Shown here piece after piece: positions 16,238 through 24,516 of a DNA stretch of 24,516 nt. The notes below the pieces were generated by a model. The model had not been told where the DNA came from. It ran no database searches and worked only from the letters and a program-made list of their open reading frames with translations. The position numbers were made by a program, and so were the translations under genes. The DNA is from Armatimonadota bacterium (lineage in GTDB: Bacteria; Armatimonadota; UBA5829; DTLH01): contig JBDKSP010000111.1 of the NCBI GenBank assembly GCA_039680575.1, positions 1 to 24,516 of the forward strand, given 5' to 3'. Numbering within the stretch: position 1 is the stretch's first letter; every line of letters begins with the position of its first letter.

Positions 16238-16305
16238 TTATAAGGAGGAATCCGCCGATCAGGGGACTAACTTGTTAGTGTTCAATACAGCAAGAGGTAC
16301 AGTGA

Positions 16306-17061
16306 GTGGCGCATACAGTTGTTCAAGAAGCAGAAGAAATCTTAGACAAAGAATATAAAGTTTTAAACCACGGGTTCGTGAGATTAGTTGATTATATGGG
16401 CGGTGATGCCAGGATCGTGCAGTCCGCGCGAGTATCCTACGGCGCGGGGACAAAGACGGTTCGGGATGACACGAGGCTCATAAACTATCTCATGAGAAAC
16501 GACCATTCATCTCCGTTCGAGCAGGTCATATTCACTTTCCACATAAAAATGCCGATCTTCGTCGCCAGACAGTGGGTGAGGCACAGGACTGCCCGGATGA
16601 ACGAGATCTCCGGGCGCTACAGCGTTATGACGGACGAGTGTTATCTTCCTGAGCGCATGCCGCTTCAAAGGACCGATAACAAACAGGGCAGTTCGGAAGA
16701 GTCACTGCCGGAGGACTTGTCTAGAGAGTATCTTAACCTGATGGAAGAAGACCAGAAAAAGGTCTACGAACACTATCAGGCTATGATCGAGAAGGGCGTC
16801 TCCCGTGAGATAGCCAGAATCAACCTGCCGCTTTCGCTTTACACCGAAGTTTACTGGCAGATGGACTTAAGGAACCTGTTCCACTTCCTGAAACTTCGGC
16901 TGGACGATCACGCGCAGTATGAGATAAGGTGCTACGCCGAAGTAATCGCCGAAATGGTGAAAAAAGTTGCCCCAATCGCTTGGAGCGCGTTTGAAGAGTA
17001 CGTGCTCTATGCAAAGACCTTCTCAAAGTCCGAGCTTGAGGAAATGGGGGAAATGTCTTAG
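16306..17061 (+). CDS. thyX: FAD-dependent thymidylate synthase
   Basis: ThyX motif RHR-x7-S 'RQWVRHRTARMNEISGRY', plus 'HSSPFE', 'REIARINLP' and 'LRLDDHAQYEIR'. Confidence 0.98.
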   Translation: MAHTVVQEAEEILDKEYKVLNHGFVRLVDYMGGDARIVQSARVSYGAGTKTVRDDTRLINYLMRNDHSSPFEQVIFTFHIKMPIFVARQWVRHRTARMNEISGRYSVMTDECYLPERMPLQRTDNKQGSSEESLPEDLSREYLNLMEEDQKKVYEHYQAMIEKGVSREIARINLPLSLYTEVYWQMDLRNLFHFLKLRLDDHAQYEIRCYAEVIAEMVKKVAPIAWSAFEEYVLYAKTFSKSELEEMGEMS

Positions 17062-17100
17062 CTGTCAGCTTTAGAACCGCGGAGACGCGGAATGAATAGA

Positions 17101-17151
17101 GCGCGAAAGGCGGAGACTTATGCATTTACCATAAATCCCCACCATTCGCGT
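17101..17151 (-). terminator. Long strand-specific hairpin between convergent thyX and thiM
   Basis: 21-position stem with 3 G-U pairs and 1 mismatch that pairs well only on the minus strand; the U-tract is weak. Confidence 0.55.
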
Positions 17152-17189
17152 TTCAAATAGAAAGGGCTGGGGCTGCAGCCCGCCACTGC

Positions 17190-18011
17190 TCACATCTTCT
17201 CTGTATTCCTGAATCCCGCCTTAGCGCGCAATTTTATATCCTCTGCCGTGATTGCGCTCAAGGCGTTGTAGAGTTCCACATGGAACGTTCCTGGCCTGTC
17301 GCCGGATTCCAGAGCAGCAAGCTCTCCGGCGATTCCGTATACGCTCAACCCGCAGGCTGCGGCTGAAAAAGTATCGGGGTCAACGGCAGCGAAAGATGCG
17401 ATTATCACGTTGGACATACACCCGGTTCCTACCACTCTACCCATCATCGGATGTCCGTTTGCGACATCGGCAATGCGGCTGCCGTCGCTTACAAAATCTA
17501 CCGCGCCTGTTACCGCCGCCGTGCAGCCATAGGTGTGAGCGAAGCATTCGGCTATTTCCACGGGTGTTTTGGCTGCCCCCATCGATTCCACGCCTCTTAC
17601 TTCGGAAGAGACACCGATGAGCGATGCCAGTTCGGCAGCGTTACCTCTGACGATGGATATTTTCACTCTGTTCAGAAGCCGTTTACTGGAATCGGTGCGG
17701 AGTTTGGTCGCGCCTGCGCCGACGGGGTCAAGGATCACGGGGATACCGCGCTCATTGGCGCGTTTTCCTGCCAGTTCCATCGCATCGACCCATGCAGGTG
17801 TGAGCGTGCCGATATTGAGCACGAGCGCTCCGGCTATACCGACCATCTCTTCGACTTCCTCTATGGCGTGAGACATTATCGGGAGCGCGCCGATGCATAA
17901 AACTGCATTCGCAGTCTCGTTCATTACGACAAGGTTGGTGATGCTGTGGATGAGCGGCCGTTTCTCTCTTAATAATTCGAGATCAAGGCAGGCTTGTTGG
18001 GTTAAATTCAT
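17190..18011 (-). CDS. thiM: Hydroxyethylthiazole kinase
   Basis: 'PLIHSITNLVVMNETANAVL.IGALPIM', 'LVLNIGTL', 'ILDPVGAGAT', 'RGNAAE', 'GTGC'. ATG at 18011 is 4 bp after the hydF stop. Confidence 0.96.
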   Translation of the reverse strand: MNLTQQACLDLELLREKRPLIHSITNLVVMNETANAVLCIGALPIMSHAIEEVEEMVGIAGALVLNIGTLTPAWVDAMELAGKRANERGIPVILDPVGAGATKLRTDSSKRLLNRVKISIVRGNAAELASLIGVSSEVRGVESMGAAKTPVEIAECFAHTYGCTAAVTGAVDFVSDGSRIADVANGHPMMGRVVGTGCMSNVIIASFAAVDPDTFSAAACGLSVYGIAGELAALESGDRPGTFHVELYNALSAITAEDIKLRAKAGFRNTEKM

Positions 18012-18015
18012 CTTT

Positions 18016-19299
18016 TTATCCGATTGTCCTCGCTGTTCTGACCTGCGGCCTTGCTGAAGGCCGGTCATCATCTTCTTCCCAAAGCAGCTTTGCGAGGGGG
18101 AACGGGTCGAGCGCGCGGTCCAAAATGCCATGGACATAAGCGAGCGTGACGCCGTAATTCGTCATCGGGACGGATGCTTCTTTGGCTGTCCGCTGCCGAT
18201 ATGCTACCTCGCGCGGGTTCAACGTACATGCGCCGCAGTGGATGATTAGATTATAACTCTTGAAGTCTTTCGGAAACTCGATTCCTGAGCTGAACCCGAA
18301 CTTGAGGTCGCCTCCGACCGTTTGTCTGAGCCACCTGGGTATCTGTACAGTGCCGATGTCGTCTCCCTGCCGGTGGTGCGTGCAGCCTTCGGAGATCAGG
18401 ACTCTGTCGCCGGGTTTAAGCCGCTTAAGCGCATTAGCGCCTGCGACGAACTCGTTCAAGTCGCCCTTGTAGCGCGCCATCAGGATGGAAAAACTTGTCA
18501 TCCATATATCGCGCGGGGTATCGGCGGCGACTTTCAGAAATACCTGTGAGTCGGTGATAACGATCTTGGGTTTTCGGTTCAGACTGTCGAGCGCGCTCTT
18601 CAACTCCCGTTCCTTGACGACCATCGCATAGGCGTCGTTGTCGAGCGCATCGCGGAGCGTCATAACCTGCGGGAGAATCAGCCGTCCTTTGGGAGCGGCC
18701 TTGTCAATCGGCACGACAAGGACCACAATATCGCCTGGGGATATAAGGTCGCCGATAATCGTCGGTTCGCTGAACCCTTCAGGCGCGGAGGCGATCATAG
18801 CGGACTTCAACCCGTCTATATTCTCGCCCGTGACTGCCGAGACGGCGACAAAAGGCATTCCTTTGGACTTTGCCCACTCTTCGACTGCCGAAGTGTCGCG
18901 CTTAAGGTCGATTTTATTCGCAACTGCGACTGCAGGGATGCTGCGTTCTCTGATCTTTGCTGCCAGATCGTCTTCGAACTCACCCGGCTGCTGTCCGGAT
19001 TCGATGACAAGCACCGCAAGGTCGGTCTTTTCAAGTATACGCAGAGTTTTTTCGATCCTGAGCTCGCCCAGCGCGCCGACATCATCGATTCCGGCAGTGT
19101 CCGTGACGACAACTGGCCCGATGGGGAGTATTTCCATGGCTTTCGACACCGGATCGGTCGTAGTGCCTGGGACATCTGATACGATAGCGAGCTTCTGGCT
19201 GGTCAGAGCGTTGATGAGGCTAGATTTGCCGGAGTTTCGCCGCCCGAATATCGTTATATGAAGTCGCTCCCCGGAGGGAGTCTGGTTCAAACTTGTCAT
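18016..19299 (-). CDS. hydF: [FeFe]-hydrogenase H-cluster maturation GTPase HydF
   Basis: P-loop 'GRRNSGKSS', 'GTTTDPV', 'DTAG', 'NKID', 'APKGRLILPQ', and Fe-S ligands 'EGCTHH' and 'HCGAC'. Confidence 0.97.
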   Translation of the reverse strand: MTSLNQTPSGERLHITIFGRRNSGKSSLINALTSQKLAIVSDVPGTTTDPVSKAMEILPIGPVVVTDTAGIDDVGALGELRIEKTLRILEKTDLAVLVIESGQQPGEFEDDLAAKIRERSIPAVAVANKIDLKRDTSAVEEWAKSKGMPFVAVSAVTGENIDGLKSAMIASAPEGFSEPTIIGDLISPGDIVVLVVPIDKAAPKGRLILPQVMTLRDALDNDAYAMVVKERELKSALDSLNRKPKIVITDSQVFLKVAADTPRDIWMTSFSILMARYKGDLNEFVAGANALKRLKPGDRVLISEGCTHHRQGDDIGTVQIPRWLRQTVGGDLKFGFSSGIEFPKDFKSYNLIIHCGACTLNPREVAYRQRTAKEASVPMTNYGVTLAYVHGILDRALDPFPLAKLLWEEDDDRPSARPQVRTARTIG

Positions 19300-19420
19300 T
19301 TTCCCTCTTGTAATGGAATTGATACAACATTATACGCCGGAAGGTGCTGGCAGTGTTCAGTGCTCTGCGATTTCTGAACTGATGATTTTGCCGGACTTAT
19401 CAAAGTGATTTTACACAGCT

Positions 19421-20866
19421 TTACTTATTGTTGCCGTTGTTTTTATGATACCCGGCCTTTTCCAACAGGCTCAGACCCGCTATGCCGGGGTGGGTCATCT
19501 CGTTCGGAGCCATTATGATCTCAAGCTGCTCCTTGGTGAAGAGTTTTTTCTTGAGTGCGAGCTCACGTATCGTTTTTCCCGTAGAAAGCGCCTCTTTTGC
19601 GAGATCAGAGGCTTCTTCATAGCCGATATATGGTGAAAGCGCCGTCACAAGCCCGAAACTTCTTTCCAGAAGCTCCATCGTGCGGTCTTCGTTAGCGGTA
19701 ATCCCGTTTACGCACTTTTTAGCAAGGAGTTTTGCGGCTGCCGTAAGCATCGTTAGTGACTGGAACAGGTTGTGAGAGAGCATCGGGAGAAACGCGTTCA
19801 GTTCCAGTTGCCCGCTCGATGCCGCGAGCGTTATTGCCTGGTCGTTTGCCATTACCTGGAACGCTACCTGGCTCACGGCTTCCGTGGCAACCGGATTGAC
19901 CTTCCCCGGCATTATCGACGACCCGGCCTGAAGCTCCGGCAGCTTGATCTCTGCAAAACCGGCTCTCGGACCGGACGACAGTATGCGCAGGTCGGATGCG
20001 ATCTTTGCCAGGTTCGACGCCGTGGCTTTCAACATCCCGGACACTTCTACAAAGACATCGGTATTCTGCGTCGCGTCGATCATATTCTCGGCACGGGCAA
20101 GCCCAATTCCGGTGATTTCTCTCAATATCTCGACGACCATAAAAACATACTTCCGGTCGGCATTCAAGCCTGTTCCGATTGCTGTCCCTCCAAGGTTTAC
20201 CTGCCTCAAACGCTCCTCGACCTTGTAAAGCCGCCACCAGTCGCGCTGCACCGCCTGCGCCCATGCGGAGAACTCCTGGCCGAGTGTCATCGGCACGGCA
20301 TCCTGCATTTCCGTCCTTCCGAGTTTAAGAATATGCGCAAATTCTTGTTCTTTCTTCTGCAGCTCTGCCTGGAGCTCGGCCATCGCTTTGCTGGTATTCT
20401 GCAGCAGCCGGATAGCTGTAATCCTGATAGCCGTCGGGACGACATCGTTCGTCGATTGGGACAGATTCACGTGGTCCAGAGGGTGAACAATGTGATAATC
20501 GCCCTTCGTCCCGCTGAGGATCTCGATCGCGCGGTTTGCGATGACCTCATTCGAGTTCATATTCATCGAAGTCCCGGCTCCGCCCTGGAATGGGTCGGTG
20601 ATGAACTGGTCGGCAAGCGCTCCTGCGGCAATCTCGTCACATGCCGCGGCTATCGCATCACCGATAGACTTGTCCATATAACCAGTTTTTACGTTGGCGA
20701 AAGCGCAGGCCTTTTTGACCTGAGCCAGTGACCTTACCAGCTCAGGATGGATGTATAACCCGGAGATTTGAAAGTTCGCAGCGGCGCGAACGGTGTGGAT
20801 TCCATAGTATACATCGGACGGCACTTCCATCGTGCCGAGGAGGTCATGTTCAGTTCTTGTTTTCAT
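19421..20866 (-). CDS. aspA: Aspartate ammonia-lyase
   Basis: 'RTEHDLLG...YYGIHT.RA', 'QGGAGTSMNMN', 'SQSTND', 'GRTEMQDAVP', and signature 'GSSIMPGKVNP'. An alternative start exists at 20905. Confidence 0.93.
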   Translation of the reverse strand: MKTRTEHDLLGTMEVPSDVYYGIHTVRAAANFQISGLYIHPELVRSLAQVKKACAFANVKTGYMDKSIGDAIAAACDEIAAGALADQFITDPFQGGAGTSMNMNSNEVIANRAIEILSGTKGDYHIVHPLDHVNLSQSTNDVVPTAIRITAIRLLQNTSKAMAELQAELQKKEQEFAHILKLGRTEMQDAVPMTLGQEFSAWAQAVQRDWWRLYKVEERLRQVNLGGTAIGTGLNADRKYVFMVVEILREITGIGLARAENMIDATQNTDVFVEVSGMLKATASNLAKIASDLRILSSGPRAGFAEIKLPELQAGSSIMPGKVNPVATEAVSQVAFQVMANDQAITLAASSGQLELNAFLPMLSHNLFQSLTMLTAAAKLLAKKCVNGITANEDRTMELLERSFGLVTALSPYIGYEEASDLAKEALSTGKTIRELALKKKLFTKEQLEIIMAPNEMTHPGIAGLSLLEKAGYHKNNGNNK

Positions 20867-20944
20867 GTCCAAATTACTTCGCTTTACATATAGATTTTCG
20901 GCCATAGCCGAAAATATACTCTCGGTGGCGCCGCAGCCATATTG

Positions 20945-22618
20945 TTACATCCGTTCCGGCGCGGATATTCCCAGCATTCCGAGAACGTTAGAGAGCACTA
21001 TCTTGGCTGCCTGCGCAAGCACCAGTCTCGCTGCTGTGACATTGGCATCTTCACCGAGTACGCGGCAGTCGCGGTAGAATGCATGGAACAGCGCCGCAAG
21101 GTCCATCGCATAGCCCGTAAGCCGGTGCGGCTCGTAATTAACAGCCGATCTCTCGACCAGTTCCGGCCATTCTCCGAACTTCTTGATCAGCTCTATCTCG
21201 GACGGATGGACTATGAGTGACAGGTCTACATCGGAAGCGGACGGCAGTGTTATATTGTTCTCTTCTGCTGACCGCAGGATGCTGCAAATCCTTGCATGAG
21301 CGTACTGCACGTAGTAAACCGGGTTCTCGGATGACTGCGATTTTGCAAGCTCCAGATCAAAATCGAGCGGACTGTCGGCGCTTCGCATCAACAGGAAGAA
21401 CCTCGATGCGTCTTTTCCGACTTCGTTGACCAGTTCCGAGAGTGGGACAAGGTCGCCCCGGCGTTTCGACATCATGACGAGCTCGCCGCCGGAAAAAAGC
21501 CTTACAACCTGATAGATAAGGACATCGAGCCTGTTTGGGTCATAGCCGAGCGCCGCGATGGCAGCCTTTGTTCTTGCGATGTAGCCGTGATGGTGCGGTC
21601 CCCAGACATTCAGCAGCCGGTCGAACCCTCTGTCGAACTTGTCAGCGTGATACGCGGAATCCGCGGCTATATAAGTCGGCTGGCCGTTCGAGCGGACGAG
21701 TGTCCTGTCCTTATCGTCGCCGAATGCTGTAGACTTGAGCCAGACCGCGCCTTCCTTATCGTAGGCGTAGCCCCGTTTTTTCAGTGTTTCGATGGCTTTC
21801 GATACTTTACTCGATGCATGCAGCGTTCTTTCCGAGAACCAGTTATCGAATTTAACGCCGAAGTCGGCAAGATCGGACTTCTGGAGTGCGATCATCGACT
21901 CTTCGCCTATGTCGGTGAACATTCGGACGCGTTCTTCTTTCGGAAGGTGGACATACTTATCGCCATCCCGCTCGATTATATCTTTCGCGATCTGGATAAC
22001 ATAATCACCCTGGTAGCCGTCTTCCGGCATCTTTGCGTCGTGTCCAAGCGCCTGCAGATAGCGGACTTCGAGCGACTTTCCGAAGTTCTGCATCTGCGTG
22101 CTGTTCAACGCATCGTTAATATAGTATTCGCGGTAAACCCTATAGCCGACTGCCGAAAGGAGGTTCGAGACCACATCACCGATTGCTCCGCTTCGCGCGC
22201 TGCCGACGGTAACAGGTCCGTTGGGGTTGGCGCTGACGAACTCGACAAGTATGCTCTCTCCAGTGTGCTTGTCCGATGTCCCGTAGCTCTCTTTCTCTGA
22301 GTCCACCATCCGGACTATATTGTGGTACCAATCCGGCTTGAGGTAGAAGTTGATGAACCCCGCTCCTGCGATCTGCACTTTCTCTATGATGCCGTCACTC
22401 TGCATTACGCGGTCGATTATCTTTTGTGCGACCTCACGAGGCGACTTTCCAAGCGTTCTTGCGAGCACCATTGCGACATTGGTAGAATAATCTCCGAATT
22501 CTTTCTTTTTCGGAGTGTCGATCTCTACCTCGGGGATCGCATCGATTGCGAGATCGCCGGATTTTTTTGCATCCTCAAGTGCAGTTTGTACGATTTTTAC
22601 CAGTTCGTTTTTAATCAT
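20945..22618 (-). CDS. argS: Arginine--tRNA ligase
   Basis: 'FGDYSTNVAM', 'AGAGFINF', 'VEFVSANP.GP', 'EYYIND', 'MSKRRG', 'NPVYYVQYAHARICSI', C-terminal 'APERM'. AGGTGA RBS before ATG 22618. Confidence 0.97.
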   Translation of the reverse strand: MIKNELVKIVQTALEDAKKSGDLAIDAIPEVEIDTPKKKEFGDYSTNVAMVLARTLGKSPREVAQKIIDRVMQSDGIIEKVQIAGAGFINFYLKPDWYHNIVRMVDSEKESYGTSDKHTGESILVEFVSANPNGPVTVGSARSGAIGDVVSNLLSAVGYRVYREYYINDALNSTQMQNFGKSLEVRYLQALGHDAKMPEDGYQGDYVIQIAKDIIERDGDKYVHLPKEERVRMFTDIGEESMIALQKSDLADFGVKFDNWFSERTLHASSKVSKAIETLKKRGYAYDKEGAVWLKSTAFGDDKDRTLVRSNGQPTYIAADSAYHADKFDRGFDRLLNVWGPHHHGYIARTKAAIAALGYDPNRLDVLIYQVVRLFSGGELVMMSKRRGDLVPLSELVNEVGKDASRFFLLMRSADSPLDFDLELAKSQSSENPVYYVQYAHARICSILRSAEENNITLPSASDVDLSLIVHPSEIELIKKFGEWPELVERSAVNYEPHRLTGYAMDLAALFHAFYRDCRVLGEDANVTAARLVLAQAAKIVLSNVLGMLGISAPERM

Positions 22619-22684
22619 TATCCATATCACCTACATTCGGCAGCGATTTTTACGCTGCCGGAACAATATTTCTTTTTATATAAA

Positions 22685-23848
22685 TCAGGAAAAGATCGAA
22701 AGCCACGGGATCCTTATAACCATTGTCAGAGCCGCGACTACTATGCTTACAGTGAAAAAACCGAAGCCCACCTGCAGAATACCTGTATTCCACAACCGTC
22801 CGAAGCCGTCGGCTGTTTTGTTTGGCTCGCGCCGGTATTTTGCAAGGAGTTCTTCTCCTGACTTGATCCCGCTCTGGATGTGACGGGGTGACGGCGGCTT
22901 GGTCGTTATATACTGTTGCATATAATAACCGATTGTGCGCCATCCCGCAAAAACAAGGATCAGCGCAACCACTATCGCTGCCTGCGTTCCGATGCCGTCA
23001 GCTATTAAGACAAAGATCGCCATCGCAGCCATCAGGTTGGTCCCGCAGCGCGGGTGGGCTCTCGGCATCCGCGCGACGGTTTCGGGCGTAAGCGGCTCTC
23101 CGGCCTCTATGGAATGGACGACTTGATGCTCTGCCGCGTGATACCCAGATATGGTAGACATCCTGAGAAAAAGGAGCATCAGTACCATTGTAAGCCCGAT
23201 AATCATGTAATGGACCCAGTCGACGCTTATAGCCTGCCTGGTTGCGATTCCGGTCATCGGTGATGCTGCGAGCAGGAACATGTGTGTCCCGAACAACTTA
23301 TCGGCGCCCCATGTGAGTAAAACCGCGATTATATTGGCCGCGACCATCATAAGGGCCATCGATACGCCGGTGAGATACAGCCCCAGGCTTCCGGGACCTG
23401 CCGAGATAGATCCCGTGGTAAGGTGTACCCCGATCGGTGTAGCCATTCCGGCTATCGTCGGAGGCTTCATTATATCCATCCGGGCTGCCAGGACATCGCT
23501 TCCGGTCACCACTCCTCGGAAACACCCGAACTCATCTATCACCGGAAGCACATCAGTATGGCTGATGGTCATTATATCCGCTGCCTGGTTGATAGACATA
23601 TGGATGTTCGCGCAGGCAGGATTTCCGTCCATCACATCAGCGACTTTAGCGCTTTCGCTCCCGCTGGCAGCCAGGTGGGCGAGGATCGACTCCTCCGAGA
23701 CCAGCCCGGAAACGCGGCCGCCGTTTGTAACCGGAAGCGCAGGCATTTGCGCGGCGCGCAGCAGGCTGACGGCTCTTGCAAGGCTGTCTTCCTGATCCAG
23801 AAACTTAGTGTTTTTAATTATATCAGTTATCGGTCTGTCGTTCATCAT
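22685..23848 (-). CDS. CBS-pair + DUF1385 (YqhQ-like) membrane protein
   Basis: Two CBS motifs ('[16 protein letters not shown]', '[15 protein letters not shown]'), then '[10 protein letters not shown]' and 'HPRCGTN' with several TM helices. Confidence 0.88.
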   Translation of the reverse strand: MMNDRPITDIIKNTKFLDQEDSLARAVSLLRAAQMPALPVTNGGRVSGLVSEESILAHLAASGSESAKVADVMDGNPACANIHMSINQAADIMTISHTDVLPVIDEFGCFRGVVTGSDVLAARMDIMKPPTIAGMATPIGVHLTTGSISAGPGSLGLYLTGVSMALMMVAANIIAVLLTWGADKLFGTHMFLLAASPMTGIATRQAISVDWVHYMIIGLTMVLMLLFLRMSTISGYHAAEHQVVHSIEAGEPLTPETVARMPRAHPRCGTNLMAAMAIFVLIADGIGTQAAIVVALILVFAGWRTIGYYMQQYITTKPPSPRHIQSGIKSGEELLAKYRREPNKTADGFGRLWNTGILQVGFGFFTVSIVVAALTMVIRIPWLSIFS

Positions 23849-23870
23849 CAATCAAAAAGTATAATTCGGG

Positions 23871-23900
23871 TTGCCAAGAAACCGGCGTATATGGTATTAT
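23871..23900 (+). promoter_or_regulatory. sigma70-type promoter of rpmB
   Basis: TTGCCA-18 bp-TATTAT with TGn extension; AGGAGG RBS downstream. Confidence 0.6.
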
Positions 23901-23940
23901 TCAGTGTTGCCCCATTCCTTTCAGGAGGATACTAAGTAAA

Positions 23941-24156
23941 ATGGCTAATGTTTGCGAAGTCTGCGGAAAAGGTCCGCAATTCGGACAAAATATAAGGCAC
24001 GTCCACTCCGGGTCATGGGCGCTTAGAGCTCCCAGGACGAAGAGACGCTGGATGCCAAACCTGCAGACTGTTACAGTGCCTAATGGCGAATCGACAAAGA
24101 AGATTCGCATCTGCACAAAATGCTTGAAGGCGGGTAAAGTAGTCCGCGCGGCGTAA
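23941..24156 (+). CDS. rpmB: 50S ribosomal protein bL28 (zinc-binding C+ form)
   Basis: '[12 protein letters not shown]...[10 protein letters not shown]...[10 protein letters not shown]'. Confidence 0.97.
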   Translation: MANVCEVCGKGPQFGQNIRHVHSGSWALRAPRTKRRWMPNLQTVTVPNGESTKKIRICTKCLKAGKVVRAA

Positions 24157-24186
24157 TCATAAACCGTAAAAAATCTACTAACATGA

Positions 24187-24220
24187 CAAAAAGGGAGACT
24201 AAGCGCTCCCTTTTTTGTTT
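24187..24220. terminator. Intrinsic terminator after rpmB (potentially bidirectional)
   Basis: AAAAAGGGAG-8 nt-CTCCCTTTTTT. Confidence 0.9.
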
Positions 24221-24304
24221 GGTTACCCGTAATCACCTGAAAATTATACCTTATCCGGCTTTCGTTTTACAAGGCCGTTACGCATCGAATGTACCTCAAA
24301 CAAT

Positions 24305-24422
24305 ACATCATTATTGGTAACAGTTCACTCTTAATGAGAGATCTTACATCAAATTGCACAACCAACACATCACCATAGATGAAAGCACATCACCCTTGAA
24401 CAACCAGCACGTCACCCTGAAC
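24305..24422. repeat. Degenerate ~21-bp tandem repeats with ACRTCA core
   Basis: Cores at 24305, 24346, 24367, 24387, 24409; the last three read CACRTCACC. Confidence 0.7.
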
Positions 24423-24516
24423 TAATCGCGCCTACGGCGCGGCACGCTCCGCGTGAATCCACCACAGCGGGTACATAATGCCAGGACAGGATTGACACTG
24501 AAAAGTCGCCGGTTGT

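Noticed and set aside
18012..19420. TPP riboswitch for thiM; Rex/FNR site before hydF
   Set aside because: There is no intergenic room before thiM and no CTGAGA/TPP core in 19300-19420. No correctly spaced TTGTGAA-N4-TTCACAA or TTGAT-N4-ATCAA was found.
22619..22684. T-box leader for argS
   Set aside because: Only ~65 bp of intergenic space and no T-box consensus.
24305..24422. CRISPR array
   Set aside because: The repeats are at most ~13 bp with ~10-bp intervals, far from CRISPR repeat/spacer geometry, and no cas genes are present.

Overview
Bacterial chromosomal window of mostly housekeeping genes with a more AT-rich accessory block (~8.7-11.9 kb). It probably comes from an anaerobic Armatimonadota-like organism; this is inferred from the PEP-CTERM gene, DUF5658, the CBS-DUF1385 fusion, the 'FWIDDGSG' domain and hydF. 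In order it holds: a 5'-truncated tandem-repeat Ig-like surface protein, topA, a small membrane protein, tRNA-Sec (selC), DUF4446, an ECF sigma/anti-sigma pair, a Tyr-rich secreted protein, a PEP-CTERM protein, a GNAT, a LURP-one-like protein, DUF5658, a degenerate HD protein, mpg, tRNA-Gln(UUG), a Fic-wHTH protein, DUF885, thyX, a minus-strand run CBS/DUF1385-argS-aspA-hydF-thiM, and rpmB. I found no CRISPR array, integrase or transposase. The most interesting signals are: (1) the ECF module, with a sigmaE-type promoter in the last codons of the sigma gene, a four-hairpin G-U-rich leader and an anti-sigma fusing a zinc-binding (ZAS) domain to a FecR/STN-like domain; (2) four 11-bp-phased repeats over the Fic promoter; (3) an ArgRS whose HIGH motif reads TVGS; (4) an isolated selC; (5) aspA-hydF linkage. 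Family assignments are from motif recognition by eye, not database searches.
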